Source: Candidatus Bathyarchaeota archaeon (lineage in GTDB: Archaea; Thermoproteota; Bathyarchaeia; Bathyarchaeales; Bathyarchaeaceae). From it: a DNA stretch of 64,000 nucleotides. Shown piece after piece: positions 55,328 to 64,000 of this stretch. Below the pieces are notes generated by a model. It was not told the origin of the DNA and did no database searches. It saw only the letters and a list, made by a program, of their open reading frames with translations. The stretch's first letter is position 1. Each line of letters starts with the position of its first letter. The stretch is taken from positions 96,001 to 160,000 of the forward strand of contig CAVOMX010000012.1 in assembly GCA_963697165.1 (NCBI GenBank). The letters run 5' to 3'. Position numbers and translations under genes: made by a program.

Positions 55328-55565
55328 CTATTTCCCCTTCTCTACTAATTCAACTCTTCTTTTTCCTTTGGTGCGATCTGAAACATATATTGTTCCTTCA
55401 ATCTCCATTCTCATCAGAGTCTTGTTCAGTTCGTTGAATCCTACACCTTCATGAGTCCCCTTTAAAGAGGTCAAACAACTCAACATCAGTCATTGGACCC
55501 TTCCGATCAAGAAGCTCCTTTATTTGTGTATACACAGGATGAGATTTCCACGTTTTCATCATCAT
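55328..55565 (-). CDS. Small winged-helix-like protein (indel; missing from the ORF track)
   Basis: MKTWKSHPVYTQIKELLDRKGPMTDVELF...ELNKTLMRMEIEGTIYVS...KRRVEL. Confidence 0.7.
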
Positions 55566-55590
55566 TTTCACATTCCTGAAATATTTTATG

Positions 55591-57765
55591 CTATGCCACA
55601 GGCGTCGTGGGCTTCTTCAACTGTCGAACATGCTTCATGAAGCCCTTATACCAAGCCTCCATGTTCGGCATTATAGATGGCCCAATCTTTTCAATGGCTA
55701 TCTTGAAGTCGTTGGCATCAACTTCCTTGGCATTTATGTCCGTCCGCAGGGCATTCAGTCCAGCCTCTCTACAAAGCGCCTCGATGTCCGCCCCCGAATA
55801 CATCTTCGTTATGGTAGCCAAATTGGACAAATCCACATCTTTTGCCAGCGGCATGTCCTTAGTGTAGAGTTTGAAGATGTTTTGTCTACTCTCTTGGTCG
55901 GGTTCTGGAACGTATATCAAGCGGTCAAACCTTCCTGGTCGAAGAATCGCGGGATCCACAATGTCTGGCCTGTTTGTCGCAGCGATTATAACAACATCCT
56001 CCAAAGAGATAAGTCCATCCATCTCCGTTAGAAGTTGGCTGATAACCCGCTCTGTAACTCCACTGTCTGAGTAACCCATTCCTCGTCCGGGAACTAGAGA
56101 ATCAAATTCGTCAAAGAATATGACAGTTGGTGAAGCCATCCTTGCTTTCCGGAAAACTTCGCGGATAGCCTTCTCTGATTCACCTACCCATTTGGAGAAG
56201 ACTTCTGGACCCTTTATGGTTATGAAGTTTGCTTCACTCTCTGTGGCTACTGCCCTAGCTAGCATTGTCTTTCCACATCCAGGAGGTCCGTAGAGCATGA
56301 TTCCCTTTGGTGGTCGTATACCCATTCGAGTGAAAACGTCTGGGTTTTTGAGGGGCCACTCCACAGCCTCTATGAGGTCCTCTTTCACGTCATCTAAGCC
56401 GCCTATGTCTGTCCAACGAACCGTAGGTACTTCGATGTAGACTTCTCTCATGGCCGTCGGCGTGATTTCGCGGAAAGCGTTTAAGAAAGTCTTCCATTCG
56501 AACCTCCATTTTATCCAAAACATTAGGAGGAACACGCTCTTCCTCTAGATTTATTTCTGGTAGGTATCTGCGCAACGCTTTCATGGCTGTTTCGCGTCCC
56601 AATGCGGACAAGTCGGCTCCTGTGTAACCGTGAGACATGTTTGGAGAGCTTATCCAAATCAACATCTTCTTTTAGGGGCATGCCTCTGGTGTGAATCTGA
56701 AGTACTTCAAATCGTCCTTTTTTGTCGGGTACGCCTATTTCAATTTCTCGGTCAAAACGTCCAGGTCGTCTCAAAGCAGGGTCTAAGGCTTCAGGCCTGT
56801 TTGTGGCGCCTATTACAATGAGGTAGCCTCTTCCTGAAAGACCATCCATCAAAGCTAGAAGCTGAGCAACAACCCGTCTCTCAACTTCTCCTGTAACCTC
56901 TTCTCTTTTAGGTGCGATTGCATCCAGCTCGTCTATGAAGACGATGCTGGGAGCGTTCTTTTGAGCCTGCTGGAACATTTCGCGGAGTCTAGCCTCAGAT
57001 TCGCCGTAAAATTTGCTCATTATTTCTGGACCGTTTATTGAGTAGAAGTTAGCCTCAGACTCGTTTGCAACTGCTCGGGCTAGAAGGGTTTTTCCACATC
57101 CCGGCGGTCCATGTAACAGAACTCCTTTTGGAGGATCAATTCCAAGCCTTTGGAAAAGTTCTGGGTGCCGCAGCGGAAGTTCAACCATTTCTCGAATCCG
57201 CTGAATCTCCTCCTCGAGTCCTCCTATATCCTCGTATGTTGTGCGAGGCAAGCCTTTGGTTTCAGGAGCTGGTTCAGCCATTATCTGGAGGCTTGTGCCG
57301 TGGCTGATTCTCACGATTCCGTGAGGACGAGATTTGGTTACTCGGAAGGGTATGGCATGTCCTAGCATCATAACTAGGGTGGTGTCTCCTTCCACGAATG
57401 TTCTTTCCATAAGTCGGTTTTTCACAAAGTTTGTGAAGTCTTCATCAACATTTAGTTTCATGTCTATGGGAGCTAAAACTACGGTTGTGGCGTTGGTTAC
57501 ATTTGCAGATCGAATTACTACTAGTTCATGCATAGCAACTCCAGCATTTTTGCGTGTGAATCCGTCGATTCGGATAATGTCTCTGTTTTGGTCTTCAGAG
57601 TATGCTGGCCATGCTATGGCGGCGGTGTTTCTTTTTCCAACAATTTCTATTACGTCGCCTGCTGAGATGCCTAAGTTTTTGCATGGTTTGCTGATCGATT
57701 CGGGCGATTCCTCGATAAACGTCACGTTGTCGAGCGTCTTCTACTTTAAGTTGTACTTCGCTCAC
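55591..57765 (-). CDS. cdc48: AAA+ ATPase Cdc48/VAT (several indels)
   Basis: N-domain plus two AAA modules with GPPGCGKT, Walker B and RPGRFDR. Confidence 0.95.
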
Positions 57766-57844
57766 TTGTTTTCCTTCCTTTATGTGTAATCGTGAAGCTT
57801 CACATTTTTCGAAGGAGACTATTCATATATAAACTTTGACGAAA

Positions 57845-58113
57845 CTAGAGCCTAGTCATTCCTAATGTCTGTATTTGACCGACTCTCTTCGATGTCAGTC
57901 ATTCAGTTTCTCTGTTTCGTCCAAAATTCCTTCTTTTTCCGGTAGAACCATGTTAACTTTCAGTGCACAGAGACCAAAAGCTATTGGTTCTTCAGCGAAT
58001 CGTTTAATAGCAGCAATATCTGCTAGTTTCTTCTTAATTTTTTCTTTCAACAATTCAAGGTCAACTGTTGATTCTGATGGAAAAATTTTGTAAGCAATAA
58101 CTATCTTTCCCAA
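57845..58113 (-). CDS. ef1b: Elongation factor 1-beta (3' indels)
   Basis: KIFPSE..VDL...EPIAFGL. Confidence 0.9.
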
Positions 58114-58443
58114 TGTTCTTTATCTCCTAAAGTCCTGTTAAGTTTTTTGTCACATTACGAAAGTTTTACATGTATTTTTGGTAATGTGAACTAGCAAGCT
58201 AGACGATAAGCTGACCTATTAACCTTACTATGTATGTTTCTGTGACATAATCAATGGAACTTTTACCTGTTGTGTAACAAGGAACCGAATAATTGCTCTC
58301 CTTATTTTTACTACGAACACGTCGACTACAACGAGGACAAGACCAATAGTACTTTTTTCAACTCTTTTTTGGATTGTTTGGGTGTGAGAATATTTATTAA
58401 ATAACCTTTAACCTAATCGTAATCCTCTTGTGAGTGAACCGGG

Positions 58444-58626
58444 ATGCAACTCAAAGATGAAAACATGCTGGCAATAGGCATGCTGTCAATGGCTCTTGGC
58501 ATTCTTGTTGGACACTTTGTAAGCTTTGAGTATTCGGGTTTATCGGTTTCAGTTTTTGTTGAAGGAGTCCTTGTTGGGCTGTCGCTAGTGATGAATCTTA
58601 CCTACCTTATACGACGACGAAAATAA
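58444..58626 (+). CDS. Small two-TM membrane protein
   Basis: Two hydrophobic helices and a basic C-terminus. Confidence 0.6.
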   Translation: MQLKDENMLAIGMLSMALGILVGHFVSFEYSGLSVSVFVEGVLVGLSLVMNLTYLIRRRK

Positions 58627-58711
58627 AAAAAGTGATGAATCAGCGCGTATATGCGTCTGAATAGCAACTCTTTAATTGTCTGCTAACCAATTGTTTCGAT
58701 AGTGATTTTGT

Positions 58712-59149
58712 ATGAAACTTCCAGAATATGTTATCTGTTCAAGAAGTGAAGACGAGTTTGTGCTGAACTCAAAATCAGAGATTGGACATTGCTGAAAAAA
58801 GCTGAAGTATTACCTAGAAGAAGCAAAAACAATATTGGCTGAACTTGAAACAGGAGAAATGAAAATCAAACTTGAAGATTTTCGTATGGGACTAGAAGTT
58901 GAACTTGAACATGGGATTCAATTCCCCGAGGCAAACGTCACCAACAACCATCCAATATTAACTGGAAAAATCGTGATTGCACACTTCAAGGAATCACTAG
59001 ATTATTACCGGCGTTTAGACGTGGCTGAAATCGAGGGCGACATACAAAAAGCTGTATTCAGCAAGAACGCAGCAAAAGTTTTGGTTCTCTATGAAAAACT
59101 TGTAAAAGCAAAATTGGAGCTAAGCCAAGCAGAATCCGAGATGCTTTGA
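58712..59149 (+). CDS. DUF5661-like protein (5' indels)
   Basis: FRMGLEVELEHG...NVTNN.P..TGKI..AH..E..DYY.RL. Confidence 0.75.
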
Positions 59150-59266
59150 CCAAAAAACTGTTCTTTACAGCTTTTTGTGGACTCAAAAAACAAGCATTTG
59201 TATGTAGGGGTTAACCTTGTTTTTCGGCTGGACTGATGGGTTACACGGGGGTTGAGGGTTTTGCTA

Positions 59267-60050
59267 TTAGATTTGTGCCCGCGAGAAGAGATAGGTGCCT
59301 AGACCAACCATTAAAGCGTCGAAGCCAACCACCACTCCCAAGCTGATTAGCCACCCGAATGAACCGAGTAATGGTGATCCAGCGCCTAGGAGACACCAGC
59401 GTAGCAGTTCAACCCCATAAAACATGGGATCACATAGCATGGCAACTTGAAGAGGTAACGGTGACACGTCGATAGGAAAGAACACGCCAGATAACATGAA
59501 CATTGGCCACATCACAAAAGTTGACAGCAGCTGAAACGCGTGAAAATCGTTCAGGGTCGAACCGATTGCTACCCCAAGACCAACAAAGCCGGCAGTGATG
59601 AGAAGCATCACGCCTATAGATGCAAATGCGCCCGCAAGGAAAGTGAGGGATGGCGTAAATGCGCCCATGGCTCCAGCCACTACCAGTAATATTATGCCTT
59701 GGATTGTGGCAGTGGTTGCTCCGCCAAAAATTTTTCCAAGTATAATGCTGGTTCGGCTGACAGGTGCAACTAGCATCTCTTTCATGAAGCCGAATTGGCG
59801 GTCGAAGATTACTGAAACGCCTGAGAAGACGGAGCTAAAGAGAAGCCCCATGCCTATTACGCCTGGCGCCATGTATGAAAGGTAATTGATGTTGGCGATT
59901 CCGCCGATGAAGCCTCCTAATCCCAAACCGAAGATTGCTAGGAAGAAGAATGTTACTGCCCATAGGATTTGGAAGTATGCTATCGGTTGCTTCTTTGAAA
60001 AGCCCTCGACTAGTTTTGTTAATGATTCGCTATTTTTTGTGCCTTCTAAA
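59267..60050 (-). CDS. ABC-2 type permease with aberrant or truncated N-terminus
   Basis: DRQFGFMKEMLVAPVSR, LSGVFFP, DPMFYGV; no partner ATPase adjacent; start unclear. Confidence 0.75.
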
Positions 60051-60106
60051 ATGGTTGTTCAGGCAGCTACTATGTTAGATTTTAACGCATAATCCAGTAG
60101 TGGAGT

Positions 60107-60274
60107 TTAGCTTTCGATTACTTGTTTGACTAAGTCTTTGTTTTCTTTTAGCCAGTTTATGATCACGTCTTTGTTGCTTTCTAGCATGTTTTCCGCCATT
60201 CCGCCGAACATTGGAGGCAACGTTTTGCCTATTTGTTGTTTAAGTTTAGAAATCAATTCATCTTCTGCATTCAA
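60107..60274 (-). CDS. Small hypothetical protein (55 aa, below the ORF-track cutoff)
   Basis: MNAEDELISKLKQQIGKTLPPMFGGMAENMLESNKDVIINWLKENKDLVKQVIES. Confidence 0.6.
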   Translation of the reverse strand: MNAEDELISKLKQQIGKTLPPMFGGMAENMLESNKDVIINWLKENKDLVKQVIES

Positions 60275-60336
60275 TGTCTCTCAACTCATTATGATTATTT
60301 TACTCTAGTTAAGACGTTTAAGTTGATTGATAATAA

Positions 60337-62469
60337 TTAGCGTTTTTTGGTTGAGCTTCGTTGTTGTTTGAAGTGTCCAGCTAATCTGCGTCCCGTGGCT
60401 GCGTCCATAACGATTGTGCGTTTTTTCTTGCTCTTTTTATGTCTTACTTTGAGCGTCCACACGGGAAATAGCACAATTTCAGAGTAGACTGGCACAACTC
60501 CCAAGGTCAGTCGTAAGGTTGAGTAAATTTTGTCTTGTCCAATCTTTATTTTAGGAATTCTAGGAATTTCTTTGGGAAGACGCGGAATAAACGTGATGTC
60601 AATGTCATCATCCAAGTCTTTGAATTTTTCAGCACTCTTTGTCACCAGTTTGTGAAACAGCATTGCCCCTTTCTCAAGAGAGATCATTGCACCTGTTGTT
60701 GCGCTCAAGTAGTACGTGTCCACTTCTTCTTTTCTGAAAAAGAAGAGATGTTTGGCTTTGCGGGTTGCTGAAACCTTCCAGATGGGAATGTGAGAAAATG
60801 TTACATCATAAATTTCTTCTTTTTTTGTGAATAACCCGCCTTCAAGCCATGATTTGGCTCTCTTGAATGCTTCAACCTGAATTATCCGTATGGGAACAGC
60901 CAAAACTTCTCCCAAAACATTCTTGGATGGTTCGAAACCAAACTTGGATAGCCAATACAGGTACTCTTCGTCACCTCTGGCTCGGCTTTTCTTAACATCC
61001 CTGGATTTGACAAGTGAGTTAAGCGCCTTTTCAGCATCTTTAACAATTACGTTCAGGCTCTCTGCAACATATTCTGCGGAGACGCTTTGTCTTACAGAGT
61101 TGAGTAATAGTTTTATTCGTTCTGCAAGCGATTTTTCTGGAACAGGTGACCGCGGCGCAGGCTTCACTGTTTTTTCTTTTGTTTCTTGTGTGGTTTGGAA
61201 CTTTTTGAAGAACTGTTTTGTTTCAGGCGATATTGCCTTTGGGATGTCTTGTTCATCCATTGTCATGTGGTCTGTTACCAGCCATCGAACCTGAAAATTC
61301 ATTACGTCCTCGTAGACGTCTGGGGACAGCATTAGGAATTCGCCTGTTCTGAGGCTTGGAAGCTTCTGCAGAACTGTTTCAGCGTGGGTTGGGTCTATTG
61401 ATTGGATAATCTGTTTTACCCTTGATATGTCCTGCTGGGTCATCATTCGACCTAAGCACCAAGTGTTGACTTGTGCGAGGGCTTTGTAGTCAATGTCTGT
61501 TATGTTTTGGGTGGCGGCTATGAGTCCAATTCCGTATTTTCGAGCTTGCTTGAAGAGAAAGGCGTATGCTTCTTTTGGTGGAGGATTTCGTGGATATGGC
61601 GGAATATAGGGCGCTATTTCGTCGACGTAGAATAGCAGTTGGATGTCCTCTGAGGGATTCTTTAGCATCCAACAGTAAAGCTCACGAAGAAGAGTGGCTA
61701 GGAAGAACTGTTTGTCGTTTGTGGAGCTTAGAGTGTTCATGTAGATTATGTTGAGGGGCACCTTTCCGTCGCTATTGTCCATGAACATGTCAATGTCAAT
61801 TTGGACGCCCTTCTGAAACATGAGACTGGGAGTTCCCACTGTAAGAAACCGTAGCTTACGGGCGATTTCTTGTGGCTCCCTTTTTGTAACAAAACTCTGT
61901 AGCTTTTGGACGATTTCTGAAGGAGGATTCAGCACAATCTCTGCCAGGTGTGCCATGTCTTTGATTGTTTCTCCTTTTTGCCACAGATGCTCCAGAATAG
62001 TGAATAGGTACGCTTTGGCTCCTTTTCCAGCATCTGATGCTAGGTCATATCCGAGAAAGCTTGAGAGAGAAGTAGCCGTCAAGTCAAGAGCAAGGATAGC
62101 TTCTTCGTGGGGCATGTCCTTTGACGGAAACGAGAGGGGATTGACGCTGATGGGAATGCCTTTGCTGCTGGCAGGAGTAAATATGGCGATTCGTGCCTTT
62201 TCGAAGTACTCCTCCTGCATGGTAAGGGGTATTCCGTGACTCTCCATCTCTTCAGGGTCTCCTTTCAGGGCTAAAGAGGAGATGTCGCCTTGTGGGTCAA
62301 CTATGATCACAGGGATATTATGGCGTATAGCCTCTTCCATCATACATTTGCAGAGCACAGTTTTGCCTGAGCCGCTGGCTCCAAGCGCCATCAAATGTCG
62401 GTGAAGAGCTTCCACAGGTAATTCAACTGGGATTTCGGTTCCCTGTTGTTTGCCTAAGAAAAAAGACAC
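60337..62469 (-). CDS. HerA/FtsK-superfamily ATPase (DUF87/DUF853-like) with wHTH-like and C-terminal domains
   Basis: LHRHLMALGASGSGKT, VDPQGD, YVDEI, ARKYGIGLIAATQ; GGAGG SD. Confidence 0.85.
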   Translation of the reverse strand: MSFFLGKQQGTEIPVELPVEALHRHLMALGASGSGKTVLCKCMMEEAIRHNIPVIIVDPQGDISSLALKGDPEEMESHGIPLTMQEEYFEKARIAIFTPASSKGIPISVNPLSFPSKDMPHEEAILALDLTATSLSSFLGYDLASDAGKGAKAYLFTILEHLWQKGETIKDMAHLAEIVLNPPSEIVQKLQSFVTKREPQEIARKLRFLTVGTPSLMFQKGVQIDIDMFMDNSDGKVPLNIIYMNTLSSTNDKQFFLATLLRELYCWMLKNPSEDIQLLFYVDEIAPYIPPYPRNPPPKEAYAFLFKQARKYGIGLIAATQNITDIDYKALAQVNTWCLGRMMTQQDISRVKQIIQSIDPTHAETVLQKLPSLRTGEFLMLSPDVYEDVMNFQVRWLVTDHMTMDEQDIPKAISPETKQFFKKFQTTQETKEKTVKPAPRSPVPEKSLAERIKLLLNSVRQSVSAEYVAESLNVIVKDAEKALNSLVKSRDVKKSRARGDEEYLYWLSKFGFEPSKNVLGEVLAVPIRIIQVEAFKRAKSWLEGGLFTKKEEIYDVTFSHIPIWKVSATRKAKHLFFFRKEEVDTYYLSATTGAMISLEKGAMLFHKLVTKSAEKFKDLDDDIDITFIPRLPKEIPRIPKIKIGQDKIYSTLRLTLGVVPVYSEIVLFPVWTLKVRHKKSKKKRTIVMDAATGRRLAGHFKQQRSSTKKR

Positions 62470-63358
62470 AATGCTTATCCTCCTTTAACGTTTACGCTTG
62501 CGGTTTTTATTTATCTATCTCTGTACGCTGACTAGGTTAACTGCTTATGTGCTTGATTTTTGAGCAAAACTTGCATAATATATTGGTTAAAACATGTAAT
62601 CCAGTATTTGATTGGTGCTTTTCTTTATATGGTATTGGCAACAGCGAATTGTCAGTAAACAATAAAATTGTCATTTCTGCGATTGTGGTTCTTGTAATTG
62701 CTTTGATTTTTGTTACATTGTTTATTGATAACACCCGCCAAGTTCGGAGAATATGGAATTGGTTAATTAAGAGAAATGGGAAAAATATACATTTCAGATA
62801 TTGAACCCCTAGAAATTGAACTGGTTTGCTCTTTTCGGAAAAATGCTGGATATGAGATCGTCTTTTCTGTTGCGGTTATCCACACTTTATTTCAAATTAT
62901 CTTAATTGGAATAAGATTTTATACGATGCCAAAATTTTTGTTATTTTTATAAAATGTAGCAAAATCAAAGTCATCATGTTTTCATAGAAAATAACTAAAA
63001 TCAATCTTCAAACTGATGAGGTGCGACTAAAGTAAGGTGCTATTGATTGAGTTGTGACCCAACATATTTTTAACCAATAGAATGTTTTCGGTTTTATTTC
63101 AAGTCAGGGTGGCTTTCCCTGGTGGTAACGTGTGAAAACTTATTTTTTTCAACATATTGTTCTGTAGGTTTCTGATTGTTTTTCATTATCTTTAAAATAA
63201 TCGTCTTTGTATTACCTATTTTTTAATATATTTTTTTAAAATTTTAATTACTTTGCCATGTTTGGATTTTTTTTTGAAAATAACACCGCTTATTTGGAAA
63301 CTTATAAATAATATCAAGGTAGTAAAGGGAAAAGAAACAATTAAATGAGAGAGATAAA

Positions 63359-64000
63359 ATGGAAAACTTAAGAAACAAGAAAACCAAATTTACTGCTATA
63401 TTCATTGTTGTTCTTTTAATGACTTCTATCTTTATGTTGTTGGCAACTACTCAAGCTCAAACGGAATATACTAATTTGCAAGAAGGAGGTTCGATACCAT
63501 TACCTTCAGGTGTTACTCCTGACTTGACACTTGAAACAATAGCATACCTCAGTTTTAGACCACAAACCGTCGGACTTGGTCAAGCCTTCTTGGTTAACAT
63601 ATGGCTGCAGCCCCCACTTCACATATCTCGATACCATACTCGATACGCAGTTACATTAACGAAACCCAGCGGAACAGAAATCGTTATTGCTCCAATCGAT
63701 TCCTATCGAGGGGACACATCGGCCTGGTTTGAATGGATTGCCGACGAGGTTGGCACTTGGACAATAGAGTTTGACTTCCCAGGAGGCTATTTCCCAGCAG
63801 GTAATTACACTACAATTGGCCGCTATGGGAGTGACGATGTTGTAACAAACTTTGAAGAAACAGTTTACTATGAACCCAGTTCTGTTGGACCGTTCGAACT
63901 TGAAGTTCAGGAAGAAATAGTGTATTCTTGGCCCGAATCTGACCTTCCAACGGATTACTGGACACGACCTGTTTCGCCAGAAAATAGAGAGTGGTGGCCG
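63359..64000 (+). CDS. Large secreted protein, N-terminus typical of PQQ-like beta-propeller surface proteins (3'-partial)
   Basis: Signal peptide, AYLSFRP..VGLGQ.FLVNIW, LPTDYWTRP; the propeller itself would lie beyond the window. Confidence 0.65.
   Translation, partial: MENLRNKKTKFTAIFIVVLLMTSIFMLLATTQAQTEYTNLQEGGSIPLPSGVTPDLTLETIAYLSFRPQTVGLGQAFLVNIWLQPPLHISRYHTRYAVTLTKPSGTEIVIAPIDSYRGDTSAWFEWIADEVGTWTIEFDFPGGYFPAGNYTTIGRYGSDDVVTNFEETVYYEPSSVGPFELEVQEEIVYSWPESDLPTDYWTRPVSPENREWWP

Noticed and set aside
58114..58200. Possible relic of the Zn-ribbon gene often found upstream of EF-1beta, plus a TCACATTAC/GTAATGTGA inverted repeat
   Set aside because: Only a weak LTGL* resemblance and no CxxC motifs; the function of the repeat is unsupported.
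62537..62804. Short overlapping ORFs on both strands
   Set aside because: AT-rich with no motif; cannot support either as a gene. Antisense shadow ORFs elsewhere in the window were likewise ignored.
1..64000. CRISPR arrays, IS elements, rRNA, selenocysteine recoding
   Set aside because: No spaced repeats, transposase or rRNA sequence seen; hydrogenase and Hdr ligands are Cys codons.

Overview
Archaeal genomic window, most consistent with Bathyarchaeia (TACK). Evidence: TFB, Gar1, SRP19, S8e, FEN1, Cdc48, EF-1beta, an A1:U72 initiator tRNA, SMC-ScpAB, an mvh/hdr cluster and PEF-CTERM/PQQ-propeller-type surface proteins. About 20 genes are broken by 1-2 nt indels, which look like uncorrected long-read errors rather than pseudogenes. 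Content in order: MvhGA-HdrA/MvhD-HdrCB cluster; bacterial-type GAPDH plus PGK; a large CARDB surface protein; serB; transporters; tfb/gar1/srp19/rps8e; condensin operon; tRNA-iMet; malic enzyme; tusA-iscS-iscU; proBA; an AT-rich accessory block with a PadR-led giant FtsX/ABC system; glycosyltransferases; a repair cluster (ssb, rtcB, ogg1, pcm, fen1, cdc48); and a HerA-like ATPase. Standout finding: one apparent frameshift is not a 1-nt error. The pcm (protein L-isoaspartyl methyltransferase) gene carries a 31-nt insertion (53709-53739) that folds into a canonical bulge-helix-bulge. Cleavage at the standard endonuclease positions restores both the frame and the conserved SAPHMV motif. This is a candidate tRNA-type mRNA intron in a gene other than cbf5, lying about 2 kb from the splicing ligase gene rtcB.
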